NCBI GenBank assembly: GCA_040901985.1
Contig: JBBDYC010000002.1
Location: 21,873 to 85,872, forward strand
DNA length: 64,000 bases
Direction of reading: 5' to 3'
Source: Gemmatimonadaceae bacterium
GTDB taxonomy: Bacteria > Gemmatimonadota > Gemmatimonadetes > Gemmatimonadales > Gemmatimonadaceae
The first letter of the stretch is position 1. Every line of letters starts with the position of its first letter. Shown here piece by piece: positions 8,788 to 18,059 of this stretch. The notes under the pieces were generated by a model. It did not search any database. It was not told the origin of the DNA and was given only the letters and a program-made list of their open reading frames with translations. The position numbers were made by a program, and so were the translations under genes.

Positions 8788-9370
8788 AGTCAGGCGCCGC
8801 GCAAGGCATCGCGTTCAGCCGCCGCCCCAGGGCGCGGAGCGCACGCGGAATCGGACTGCTGCGCGGCACGTCGCCGCGCTCGACGCGCCGCGAACGGCTC
8901 CACCCCGGCTCGTTCCACCACACGGACTGCGCCCGGTCCGGATCGGCATCCCAGATGAACCCGCGCTGGCCGGCGTGCGGCAGCCTGCGGATCAACTCCA
9001 CGCGCCCGAGGGTCCCCGCCTCGCGGTCGGCCACGGCGTAGAGCACGACCGTGGACGTATCGGGGAGGCGAAGGCGCAGTCGGCGGCGGCGCTCGCCCGG
9101 TGCCGCGTCGGCCAGCTCGTCGCAGCTCGCGAAGGGCAGCGAGTCGAGCGCCACCTCCGCCACGTACTGGCGAATGTCAATCAGCGGCAACAGTCGCGGG
9201 GGGAGATCCTCGAACGCAAGCGAATCGCCGACGAGCGAATCGAGCGCGATCTGCTCGAAAGGCGTCCGCGCCGCCTCGGCCGCCGGCGGACCGTCGCAGG
9301 CACCGCCGGTGGCCACGAGCGCGCCGAGCGCGACTAGCACCGCTGTCGGAATTCGAGCACCAATCGCCAT
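8777..9370 (-). CDS. Hypothetical lipoprotein
   Basis: Signal peptide ending GGAC; -10-like TATCCT 6 nt upstream of ATG. Confidence 0.6.
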   Translation of the reverse strand: MAIGARIPTAVLVALGALVATGGACDGPPAAEAARTPFEQIALDSLVGDSLAFEDLPPRLLPLIDIRQYVAEVALDSLPFASCDELADAAPGERRRRLRLRLPDTSTVVLYAVADREAGTLGRVELIRRLPHAGQRGFIWDADPDRAQSVWWNEPGWSRSRRVERGDVPRSSPIPRALRALGRRLNAMPCAAPDSTR

Positions 9371-9498
9371 GCTCGCAGGATAATCCACTGGACGCGCCGC
9401 GCCCACCCCGACGGCGCTGCGGACGACGTGGTGTCCGCGATGAAGGCGACGAAGGACGACGCTTGCCCCGTGGCGCGTCGGCAGTCAATCTTGCCCCG

Positions 9499-9579
9499 AT
9501 GCATATGGCTTCGTCCGCCGCGCCGACGCCGGTTGTCCAACGGGCGCTGGCGCTGGTCGTGATGCTCGCGATCTTCTGA
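9499..9579 (+). CDS. Possible small hydrophobic peptide (26 aa)
   Basis: MHMASSAAPTPVVQRALALVVMLAIF; CAATCT 7 nt upstream of ATG; stops 20 nt before tag. Confidence 0.3.
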   Translation: MHMASSAAPTPVVQRALALVVMLAIF

Positions 9580-9599
9580 CCGGCGACGGGACCCGGCGC

Positions 9600-10202
9600 G
9601 TGACCGCCAAGCAGCCCCGACTGCCCGATGGCCTGCAATGGCACGCCGACGGCGTGGTACGCTGCTGGTGGTGCGGCGACGACGCGGAGTACGTCCGCTA
9701 CCACGACACGGAATGGGGCGTGCCGGTGCGCGACGATCGGCGACTGTTCGAGAAGCTCTCGCTGGAGGGCTTTCAGGCGGGGCTCAGCTGGCTGACGATC
9801 CTGCGCAAGCGCGAGAACTTTCGGCGCGCGTTCGCGAAGTTCGACCCGGCGGCAATTGCGCGCTTTGGCGCACGAGATATCCACCGTCTGCTGGGTGATG
9901 CCGGAATCGTCCGGCATCGCGGCAAGATCGAGGCCGTCATCAACAACGCGAGGCGATACCTCACGCTGGTCGAGGAGGGGGGTTCACTCGCCGACCTGGT
10001 CTGGCGATACGCGCCCAACCCACGGTCCCGACCGGCGCGAGTGACGCGTAAGACCATTCCGTCCGAGACCGCCGAGTCGCAGGCGCTCGCGCGCGAGCTC
10101 AAGCGCCGCGGCTGGAGGTTCGTGGGGCCGACGACGCTCTACGCCTTCTCACAGGCAATGGGGCTGGTGAACGACCACATCCACGGTTGCGCGCGCCGCT
10201 GA
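9600..10202 (+). CDS. tag: DNA-3-methyladenine glycosylase I
   Basis: RCWW, YHDTEWGVP, LEGFQAGLSWLTILRKRENFR, FVGPTTLYAF, NDH..C. Confidence 0.95.
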   Translation: MTAKQPRLPDGLQWHADGVVRCWWCGDDAEYVRYHDTEWGVPVRDDRRLFEKLSLEGFQAGLSWLTILRKRENFRRAFAKFDPAAIARFGARDIHRLLGDAGIVRHRGKIEAVINNARRYLTLVEEGGSLADLVWRYAPNPRSRPARVTRKTIPSETAESQALARELKRRGWRFVGPTTLYAFSQAMGLVNDHIHGCARR

Positions 10203-10220
10203 GCGGCGCGGCGCCTCGGA

Positions 10221-10763
10221 TCAGCTGGCGGCGGCCGCGCGCCAGCCGAGCGCAATCTCGAGCGCAATCTCGAGCGCTTCACGTGCGGTGTTCCGCACGC
10301 GAGGATCGCCGATGCGTAGCGCGTCCACGAGGGTCAGGAGCCGATAGGTCGGCGGCGACGACTCGCGGAGCCCCGGTGCGCCGGAATACAAAGGCGTGAT
10401 TGAGAAGCCGCGGACCGGATCGGGCGCACGCGCCGCCGGCCAGACGAGCACGTCCACGGCGTCCACGGTCGCCGAGAGCGGGAGCGCGGAGTAGGCAGTG
10501 GGCACGCCGAGCGCGAGCTCGCCGCGTGCCGCCGGAAAGGCGTAGCGCACGCCGAAGAGGAGGAACTCGCCGAGTGCGCGCGCATTGGTCGCGCGCGACT
10601 CGGGCTTCAACAGTGCAGCGGCGGCCAACCGCCCCAGCGCGGCGTGGATTTGGCTGGGGACGACCCCGAGCTCCTCGGCGAGGGAGCCCAGGGTGCCCGC
10701 GGGCTCGAGAAGGCGGAGTCCGAGGACGATGTCGAACGGATTGGTACGCCGCGGGCGAGACAC
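10221..10763 (-). CDS. Winged-helix DNA-binding protein resembling type IV (AbiEi-like) antitoxins
   Basis: N-terminal HTH (LAEELGVVPSQIHAALGRL), EFLLFGVRYAFPA, GVPTAYS, VWP, PLY, LVDALRIG; family recalled from memory, not searched. Confidence 0.55.
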   Translation of the reverse strand: MSRPRRTNPFDIVLGLRLLEPAGTLGSLAEELGVVPSQIHAALGRLAAAALLKPESRATNARALGEFLLFGVRYAFPAARGELALGVPTAYSALPLSATVDAVDVLVWPAARAPDPVRGFSITPLYSGAPGLRESSPPTYRLLTLVDALRIGDPRVRNTAREALEIALEIALGWRAAAAS

Positions 10764-10767
10764 ACTG

Positions 10768-10786
10768 TATTCTAGCTTTTAGAATA
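10768..10786. promoter_or_regulatory. Inverted repeat operator overlapping the -10 box of the HTH gene
   Basis: TATTCTA-GCTTT-TAGAATA, perfect 7-5-7; TAGAAT on the - strand lies 5 nt before the GTG. Confidence 0.65.
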
Positions 10787-10828
10787 ACGAAACACAAGAC
10801 GCTGTAACCGATTGCCAGGTCGTTCACC

Positions 10829-11827
10829 TTACGCGGTGGGCTTTCTGATTCGGCGATCGGCGTACCAACTGGCTGCCGCGCCGCCGAACAGCACGGTGAA
10901 GATCACCGCCAGCAGCCAGAGGTTCGTGTCGTCGCCCAACCACTCCCTGATCCACTCGACCGCCAGCATCTTCACGCCCACGATCCCGAGGACCAAGGCC
11001 AACGACACCTTCAGATACCGGAATCTCACGATCAGCCCGGCCAGCCCGAAGTAGAGCGACCGCAGGCACAGGATCGCGAAGACGTTCGATGTGAAGACCA
11101 GGAATGGATCGGCGGTGATCGCGAAGATCGCCGGGATCGAATCCACCGCAAAGATCAGGTCGGTCGTCTCGACCAGGACCAGCGCCACCGCCAGCGGCGT
11201 GAGGAACTTGCGGCCGTTCAGCTCGACGACGAACTCCTGCTTGTGAAAGTCGTCGGTGACCGGGAAGTGTCGGCGGAGCGATCGCACCACCCAGCTCTCG
11301 ACCTCCGCCTCCTCCTCGGCGTGCTTCCGCCAAAGCATCCGGATCGCCGTGACGACGAGGAACACGCCGAAGACGTAGAGCACCCAGTGGTAGCGGGCGA
11401 CCAGTTGCGCGCCGACGCCAATCATGGCGCCACGCATCACCAGTGCGCCAAGGATGCCCCAGAAGAGGACGCGGTGCTGGTACATCAGTGGCACCCGCAG
11501 GTGCTCGAAGATCAGCGCAATCACGAACACGTTGTCCATGCTCAGCGACAACTCGACGATGTAGCCGGTGAGGAATTTCACGGCCGCCAGGCGGCCGTCG
11601 TTCACCTGCCGGTCCACCGCGTCGAAGGTGTTGCCGAGGCCCAGCCAATGCCCGTCGTAGGCGAAGTAGACAAACACGGCGAAGCCGAGTGCCATCAGGA
11701 CCGTGCCCAGCGTGAAGACCATCGCCTCGCGCAGGGAGGGCGCGTGTGGCGTCCGGTTGAACACGCCGAGGTCCAGCGCCAGCACGACGCCGATGAACAA
11801 CAGGAAGCCGCCCCAGATCCAGATCAC
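10829..11827 (-). CDS. TerC/Alx family metal homeostasis membrane protein
   Basis: GYIVELSLSMDNVFV, QHRVLFWGILGALVMR, VETTDLIFAVDSIPAIFAIT, TSNVFAILCLRSLYF; GTGA overlap with upstream gene. Confidence 0.93.
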   Translation of the reverse strand: MIWIWGGFLLFIGVVLALDLGVFNRTPHAPSLREAMVFTLGTVLMALGFAVFVYFAYDGHWLGLGNTFDAVDRQVNDGRLAAVKFLTGYIVELSLSMDNVFVIALIFEHLRVPLMYQHRVLFWGILGALVMRGAMIGVGAQLVARYHWVLYVFGVFLVVTAIRMLWRKHAEEEAEVESWVVRSLRRHFPVTDDFHKQEFVVELNGRKFLTPLAVALVLVETTDLIFAVDSIPAIFAITADPFLVFTSNVFAILCLRSLYFGLAGLIVRFRYLKVSLALVLGIVGVKMLAVEWIREWLGDDTNLWLLAVIFTVLFGGAAASWYADRRIRKPTA

Positions 11828-12183
11828 GCCGAGCGCTCCGCTGCGACCCACGTCGTCCATTGGGGTTCCGCCAGTCCGATGGACAACCGGCTGCCCTGCC
11901 GCGTGAGCGGCTGCACGAGCAGCAGTGGTTCGTCCACGAGTTGCTGCAGCCAGCGCTCGTCACTGAGTCGCGCGGCGCCGAGCCCGAGGTCCGCGTAGCG
12001 ACGCGACGCACGATCCACCAATGCGGTCAGCCCGAACCGCTGCACGAATCGCTGCAGTTCGCCCTTGCTCGCGGCGCGCTGCGTGAGGTCAACGAAGTGC
12101 ACCTTTACCCGGCGCTCGCTCCAGAACCTGAGCGCGCGGCGTGTGTCCTGGTGCTTTTGCGTGCCGAAGACCTGCACTTCCAC
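11824..12183 (-). CDS. ArsC/Spx/YffB family protein
   Basis: VQVFGTQKHQDTRRALRFW..RVKVHFVDL..SKGEL..DEPLLLVQPL. Confidence 0.8.
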   Translation of the reverse strand: MEVQVFGTQKHQDTRRALRFWSERRVKVHFVDLTQRAASKGELQRFVQRFGLTALVDRASRRYADLGLGAARLSDERWLQQLVDEPLLLVQPLTRQGSRLSIGLAEPQWTTWVAAERSA

Positions 12184-12266
12184 CCCGTGACCCCCCGATA
12201 TTGTGGGCACGCCGATGCCGTGCGGCGTCTTCCCTCCAACGACCGCCGGAATCTATCGAGTTGCGC

Positions 12267-13247
12267 GTGTCGAACCAGTTGCCGTTCCAGCCCGCCTGGT
12301 GGCTCCCCGGAGCGCACCTGCCGACGATGTTCAGCAAGCTCCTCCGCCAAGTCGCGCCGGCGCACGACCGGATTGAATCGTGGCCGACACCGGACGGTGA
12401 CAGCGTTTCGGTCGTTCGGGTGGATCCCGCCCGACCCGACGCGCCGACACTGACCATCTTCCACGGGCTCGAGGGAACGGTGCGTTCCACGTACGCCCAA
12501 GGGTTGATGCACCAGGCGAAGGCCCGGGGCTGGGGCGCGGCGATGCTCATCTGGCGCACCTGCGACGGGCGCATCCCCGCCGTCCCGCGAATGTACCACT
12601 CGGGCGAGACCGCCGACGCGGACTTCTTCATACGCCGACTGGCTGCCGAGCGGCCAGGCACGCCCCTCCTTTGCGCCGGCGTATCGCTCGGGGCAAACGT
12701 CCTGCTGAAATGGCTCGGCGAGCAGGGCCGGCGCGTCCCGACGGAGGTCCGGCGTGCCATTGCGGTCTCGACTCCGTTCGACCTTCTTGCCGGGTCACGA
12801 TTTCTCGAGCAGGGATTCGCGCGACTCTACAGCTGGCACTTCGTCCGGTCGCTCAAGCGGAAGGGTGCCGCGGCGATTGCGCGACACCCGCAGTTGCCGG
12901 TGAATCGCGCCCGGGTCGCCGCCGCCCGGACCTTCTGGGAGTTCGACGACGCCTTTACCGGGCCGGTGCACGGCTTCGCCGGCGCCGACGACTATTACGC
13001 CCGGTCAAGCTCGATCAACTTCCTCTCGGAGATTGCCGTCCCGACGCTCCTTTTTTCGGCGGTGGACGATCCGTTTCTTCCGCCGGTCGTCCTCGACCGG
13101 GTGCGCGCGGTGGCCGGTCGCAACCCGCTGATTTCCATCGAGTTCACCCCGAGGGGCGGCCATGTCGGCTGGATTGCCGGACCGCCCTGGCGTCCCGTCT
13201 ATCACCTCGAGCGGCGCGCCGCACTCTGGCTCGAAACGGGGATGTGA
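12267..13247 (+). CDS. YheT-like alpha/beta hydrolase
   Basis: FQPAWWLPGAHLPT, FHGLEG, YHSGETAD, GVSLG nucleophile, DDPF, GGHVGW. Confidence 0.88.
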   Translation: MSNQLPFQPAWWLPGAHLPTMFSKLLRQVAPAHDRIESWPTPDGDSVSVVRVDPARPDAPTLTIFHGLEGTVRSTYAQGLMHQAKARGWGAAMLIWRTCDGRIPAVPRMYHSGETADADFFIRRLAAERPGTPLLCAGVSLGANVLLKWLGEQGRRVPTEVRRAIAVSTPFDLLAGSRFLEQGFARLYSWHFVRSLKRKGAAAIARHPQLPVNRARVAAARTFWEFDDAFTGPVHGFAGADDYYARSSSINFLSEIAVPTLLFSAVDDPFLPPVVLDRVRAVAGRNPLISIEFTPRGGHVGWIAGPPWRPVYHLERRAALWLETGM

Positions 13248-13302
13248 CCGCGTTCGGGACCCGATTTGGTTAGGTTTCGTTGGGAGTCACTCTCATCAAC
13301 CC

Positions 13303-14502
13303 GTGCCCGGACCATCGTTGAGCAGCAGCGCCGAGTTTCACGACGACATCGTCTATCCGAATACCATTGCGTTCGTCATCGTGCACCTCGTGCCCCTGGC
13401 GGCGTTCTGGACGGGCGTGACCGCCACGTCCGTGATTCTCGCCGTCACGCTCTACCTCGTCCGGATGTTCGCCATCACGGCCGGGTACCATCGCTACTTC
13501 TCGCACCGGACGTTCAAGACGTCACGGATCGGGCAGTTCCTCTTCGCCTTCGTCGCGATGAGCTCGACGCAGAAGTCGGTGCTCTGGTGGGCGGCACTCC
13601 ACCGCCATCACCACCGGCATTCGGACCAGGAGGAGGACGTGCATTCCCCGGTCCATCGCAGTTTCTTCTACTCCCACGTCGGCTGGATCTTCGACAAGAG
13701 GCACGACCGCACCCGTATCGAGGACGTCCCCGATCTCGCCAAGTTCCCCGAGTTGCGGTTCCTGGACCGCCATCAGCTCGTCCCGGGAATCGCACTGGCG
13801 GTGCTCTGTTTCCTCATCGGTGGCTGGCCGGGACTGGTGATCGGGTTCTTCCTGAGCACGGTCTTCCTCTACCACGGCACCTTCTTCATCAACTCGCTGG
13901 CGCACGTCCATGGCTCGCAGCGCTACGTGACCGGCGACGACTCGCGCAACAACTGGTGGCTGGCAATCATCACGCTTGGCGAGGGATGGCACAACAACCA
14001 CCACGCCTACCAGCGGTCCACGCGCCAGGGCTTTCGTTGGTACGAGTTCGACCCGACCTACTACGTCCTGAAGGCGATGTCGTGGGCCGGGCTGGTCTGG
14101 GACCTGGGCGAGCCACCGGCCGAGGTCGTGCGCAACGAGCGCCGGGTCGGCACCGCCGTGCTGGAGAAGGTCTCGCGGCAGGTGGCCGAGCACTTTGCGG
14201 CCCGTCGGATGTCGGCACTCGCGAACCAGGCCCGTGACGCATTCGACGCCCACCCCAAGGTGATCGAACTGCGGACGCGCCTTGTCGCCGGACAGGCGCG
14301 GGCCGAGGAGGCCTGGCACGAACTGCAGCAGCACCTGCCGCACTTGCCGCACCTGCCGTCGGCCGCGGAGGTCCGGGCGCGCGTGCTCCAGTACTACGCC
14401 GACTCCCCGTCCACCGACGAGATCGTCGCGCGCGCGCGGCAGATGGTTGCCGAGCGGCTGAGTGCGACGGTCTTCCCAGAACTCGGACCGTCACCGGCGT
14501 AA
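13303..14502 (+). CDS. Acyl-CoA (delta-9-type) fatty acid desaturase with C-terminal extension
   Basis: His boxes HRYFSH, HRHHH, GEGWHNNHH; NSLAH; start uncertain. Confidence 0.92.
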   Translation: MPGPSLSSSAEFHDDIVYPNTIAFVIVHLVPLAAFWTGVTATSVILAVTLYLVRMFAITAGYHRYFSHRTFKTSRIGQFLFAFVAMSSTQKSVLWWAALHRHHHRHSDQEEDVHSPVHRSFFYSHVGWIFDKRHDRTRIEDVPDLAKFPELRFLDRHQLVPGIALAVLCFLIGGWPGLVIGFFLSTVFLYHGTFFINSLAHVHGSQRYVTGDDSRNNWWLAIITLGEGWHNNHHAYQRSTRQGFRWYEFDPTYYVLKAMSWAGLVWDLGEPPAEVVRNERRVGTAVLEKVSRQVAEHFAARRMSALANQARDAFDAHPKVIELRTRLVAGQARAEEAWHELQQHLPHLPHLPSAAEVRARVLQYYADSPSTDEIVARARQMVAERLSATVFPELGPSPA

Positions 14503-14537
14503 CGATCGCGCCGAACGGTCTCACGCGGGAGCACGTT

Positions 14538-14571
14538 GAGGGGGGGCGTCCGTCACGCCCCCCTTCGTTCA
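14538..14571 (+). terminator. Terminator-like hairpin after the desaturase
   Basis: GAGGGGGGGCGT-CCGTC-ACGCCCCCCTTC followed by a T-rich tail. Confidence 0.6.
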
Positions 14572-14601
14572 TTATCCGCTGTCCCTCGACCCGGAGCAGC
14601 C

Positions 14602-15567
14602 GTGTACCGTCGATCCTTGCTCGTTCCCGTGGCGTTGCTGGTCGGCGCCTGCAGCGTGCAGCGCGTCGCGCCCCAGCAGGCCGCCGCCACGCCCGCCACC
14701 TCAGCCGTCACGCCCGCCAGATCAGCGATTGTAGCCGAGCACGCCGACCACGACATGGATCAGGGCGCGAGCGTCGTGAGTCCCGTTGCGTCCGTCCAGC
14801 AAGGCCAAGGAGCGGGCGTCGCGGCAGGCGCCGCCGACGTGGCCGAACGTCTCGCCAGGAGCACTAGGCACGCTGAGTGGGCGATGGTGCCGACCGCCCC
14901 GGGCGCCAGCGACTCGATCGCCGCGTGGGTCGTCTTCCCGGAGCGCCGCGACAACGCGCCGGTCGTGGTCGTGATCCACGAGATCTTTGGACTTTCCAGC
15001 TGGGTGCGCGGCGTGGCTGACCAGCTCGCTGCCGACGGTTTCATTGCAATCGCCCCCGACCTGCTCTCGATCGAACGCGGCGGCGCCACGACCGACTCGA
15101 TGGCCTTCGCCGATGCGCGTGCCATGATTGGCCGCGTCACGCCGGACAAGATGAACGCGATGGTCGCGGCGGTCGCACAGTATGGTATGGCGTTGCCGGC
15201 CGCCGCCAAGTCCTACGGCGTCGTGGGATACTGCTGGGGCGGCTCGGCGTCCTTCAACCACGCGGTGTTCGGGGCACCCGGCCTCAGGGCCGCCGTGGTC
15301 TACTACGGCTCGTCACCGACCGCCGAGGAGATTGCCAAGGTGCGGATACCGGTCCTCGGCCTCTATGGCGAGAACGACCAGCGCGTGAACGCAACGATTG
15401 CCCGCGCCGATTCCACCATGCGGGCGACCGGGGTCACCTTCGTGCAGAAGGTCTACGCCGGCGCCGGCCACGGCTTCCTCCGCGCGCAGGACCAGCCGGC
15501 GAACGCGGACGCGAGTCGCCAGGCCTGGCCGGAGACGGTCGCGTGGTTCCGGCGTCACCTCCACTGA
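14602..15567 (+). CDS. Dienelactone hydrolase family lipoprotein
   Basis: Lipobox VGAC, VIHEIFGL, GYCWGG nucleophile, ENDQR, AGHGF. Confidence 0.9.
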   Translation: MYRRSLLVPVALLVGACSVQRVAPQQAAATPATSAVTPARSAIVAEHADHDMDQGASVVSPVASVQQGQGAGVAAGAADVAERLARSTRHAEWAMVPTAPGASDSIAAWVVFPERRDNAPVVVVIHEIFGLSSWVRGVADQLAADGFIAIAPDLLSIERGGATTDSMAFADARAMIGRVTPDKMNAMVAAVAQYGMALPAAAKSYGVVGYCWGGSASFNHAVFGAPGLRAAVVYYGSSPTAEEIAKVRIPVLGLYGENDQRVNATIARADSTMRATGVTFVQKVYAGAGHGFLRAQDQPANADASRQAWPETVAWFRRHLH

Positions 15568-15858
15568 TCAGCGCCGACGCTCCATCGCGAGGAAGCTGAC
15601 CCAGTCGGGCCAGTTTCCGCTCATCTCAAAGAAGTCGTCGAAGTACACCAGGCCCCTGTCCTCGAGCGCGACGACAAGGGCCTGGAGTCCTTCGGTGTCG
15701 TGAATCGGTCCGACCGCGATGACGGCGCCTTCGACGCGGAACTCCTCCGGCGTCAGCTGGAGCCAGTCGTCGATCGTGGCGCGGTTGAGCTGGGCGGCGG
15801 CGAACGCGTCCCGGCGAATCAACAGCGTGGGAGCGTTGCCGGCGAGGGGAAGTGGCAT
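15568..15858 (-). CDS. Hypothetical protein (96 aa)
   Basis: Coherent globular-looking ORF filling the gap; GLVYFDDFFEMSGNWPDW. Confidence 0.65.
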   Translation of the reverse strand: MPLPLAGNAPTLLIRRDAFAAAQLNRATIDDWLQLTPEEFRVEGAVIAVGPIHDTEGLQALVVALEDRGLVYFDDFFEMSGNWPDWVSFLAMERRR

Positions 15859-15961
15859 CGGGGACGGGTGGCGTTGGGGGGAGCACAGGCGTTGCGCACT
15901 AGATTAGGCGGATGAGCGCCGGGGTGCACGATTTCGACCTGTTCGTCTTCGACGTGGGGCA

Positions 15962-17977
15962 ATGGTCACGCGTCTGATCGCCCTCTTCCTGCTCGCCGGG
16001 GCGCTCCTCCCGGTGGCGGGTCTGATCCCGGGCGGCGAGAGCGATCCCGGATATCTCGCGCGGCTTTCGGACTGGGGCCTCGGCGCCGCCCTCTGTGCCG
16101 GCATCGGCGTGCTCGCAACCTATGTCCGGCGGGTCCGCGCCTCGGGGTCGGCCGAGCGCGGCGGACGTGGCCCGGGCGATGTCGTCGCGGGTACGGGAGG
16201 CCGAGAGCATCCTGGCGGCGCGCAGGGGTCGTGGTTTCCGCTCCTTCTCGCGATTGGCGCCTTCCTGCTTTACGCCGCCGTGGCCCGCTGGGTGTTCTCG
16301 GCGCGGCCCCTCTTGATTGACGAGATCGTGCACGTCCTTCAGGCACAGAGCTACGCGGCGGGAAGGCTCTGGGAAGCTGTTCGCCTCCCCCGCGAGTTCT
16401 TTTCCATCCTCCACGTGGTCGATCTCGGCGACCGTGAGTTCGGGCAGTATCCGGTCGGCGGCCCCGCGATGCTGGTCCCCGGGGTGTGGATCGGCGCGAC
16501 CTGGCTTGTCGGGCCGCTCGTCGGCGCCGCCTGTGCCTGGTTCTTCTGGCTACTGCTCGGGTCCACGGATCCGCTGGCGTCGCTCGCCTGGAGACGCGGG
16601 ACCGCGGCGCTCTTCGCGCTGACGCCGTTCGGCGTCTTCATGTTCGGTTCGCATATGAACCACGCGACCACGCTGCTCTGGCTCCTCGTCGCGGTCGTGG
16701 CGCTCGTGCGTGCGGCGACGGATGAGACACGAGCGCCACTCTTCGGCCTCGTAACAGGGCTGGGGTTCGGCATCGCGGCGACGATCCGTCCGCTCGACGC
16801 GGCGGCCTTTGCGCTCCCGGCGGCGGCTTGGCTCGCCTGGCGCGCCCGAGGCGGCGGTCGCGCCGTCGCGACGCTCGTGCTGTCCGGCGTCGGCGTCGCG
16901 GCGCCGGTCGCCGTGATGCTCTGGGCGAACGCCGAGACGACCGGGAATCCCTTCCGGTTCGGGTACGACCTGCTCTGGGGTGCTGGCCACGGCATTGGAT
17001 TCCATCGAACGCCTTGGGGGTCGATCCACACGCCGGCGCGCGGGTTGGAGCTTATCGGACTCTATTTCACCCGGCTCGGCACCTACCTGTTCGAGACGCC
17101 GTTCCCGGCGGTCCTTCCGGCGGCGGCGGGACTCTGGCTCGCCCGCTCCGTGTCCACGCTCGACCGGTACCTGTTCGCCTCGGGTGCGTTGCTTCTGCTC
17201 GGCTACTGGGCGTACTGGCACGACGGGTTCTTCCTCGGGCCGCGCTTTCTCTTTCCGCTGCTGCCGCTGCTGGTGCTCTGGACCGCGCGCGCGGTTCCGC
17301 TCATCCGGGACCGGCTGGGCGCGGCGTCGCTCGCCTGGCACACCATCCGAACGGCCGGCATCGCCGGGATCCTTTATGCCGTGGTCACGCTCGCCATCGT
17401 GCGCGTGCCGACGTACCGAAACGGGATGACATCGCTTCGGTTCGACGTGAATCGTGCGGCGGCGTTGGCAGGTGTACACGACGCGCTGGTCCTCGTCCAG
17501 GAGAGTTGGGGCGCGCAGCTCGTGGTCCGGATGTGGGCGGCCGGACTTTCGCGAGCCGACACGGAGTTTCTCTATCGAAGGATTGACGCCTGCGTCCTCG
17601 AAATGACGCTTCAGGGCATCGAGCACGACGGGGTCCGTGACGGAACAGCGCTCGAGCGCCTCCGCCCGTTCCTGGTCGACTCGGGCCACTTGGTCCCGAG
17701 CCATCGGTCGGCGGACGACACGGAGCAGATGCTCCCGGGCGTACGCTATCCGGCGCTCTGCGAAGCGCGGATCGCGAGTGACCAGTTGGGTTTTTTGAAC
17801 CTGGCGCCCTGGCGCCTGTCGCGGGACGGAAACGTGTATGCGCGTTGGCTGCCGGGCCGCGAGGCGGAGATTGCGGCGGCCTTCCCGACGCGGCCGGTGT
17901 ATCGCCTCCGGAGGGACGGCCCAAGCGAGGACGCGCCTTTGGTCTGGATCCCGCTCGATACCTGGCGACCGGACTGA
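15962..17977 (+). CDS. GT-C fold (ArnT/PMT-like) membrane glycosyltransferase
   Basis: About 12 TM segments, LIDEIVH first-loop acidic motif, YPVGGP, IRPLD, GPRFLFP. Confidence 0.7.
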   Translation: MVTRLIALFLLAGALLPVAGLIPGGESDPGYLARLSDWGLGAALCAGIGVLATYVRRVRASGSAERGGRGPGDVVAGTGGREHPGGAQGSWFPLLLAIGAFLLYAAVARWVFSARPLLIDEIVHVLQAQSYAAGRLWEAVRLPREFFSILHVVDLGDREFGQYPVGGPAMLVPGVWIGATWLVGPLVGAACAWFFWLLLGSTDPLASLAWRRGTAALFALTPFGVFMFGSHMNHATTLLWLLVAVVALVRAATDETRAPLFGLVTGLGFGIAATIRPLDAAAFALPAAAWLAWRARGGGRAVATLVLSGVGVAAPVAVMLWANAETTGNPFRFGYDLLWGAGHGIGFHRTPWGSIHTPARGLELIGLYFTRLGTYLFETPFPAVLPAAAGLWLARSVSTLDRYLFASGALLLLGYWAYWHDGFFLGPRFLFPLLPLLVLWTARAVPLIRDRLGAASLAWHTIRTAGIAGILYAVVTLAIVRVPTYRNGMTSLRFDVNRAAALAGVHDALVLVQESWGAQLVVRMWAAGLSRADTEFLYRRIDACVLEMTLQGIEHDGVRDGTALERLRPFLVDSGHLVPSHRSADDTEQMLPGVRYPALCEARIASDQLGFLNLAPWRLSRDGNVYARWLPGREAEIAAAFPTRPVYRLRRDGPSEDAPLVWIPLDTWRPD

Positions 17978-18059
17978 GCGCGAAGTTCCGGCTTCGTCAC
18001 GCTCGCAGCATGAGTCGGCCGCATTTAGTATCCATCAGCAACTATTAGGAGATGACGCC

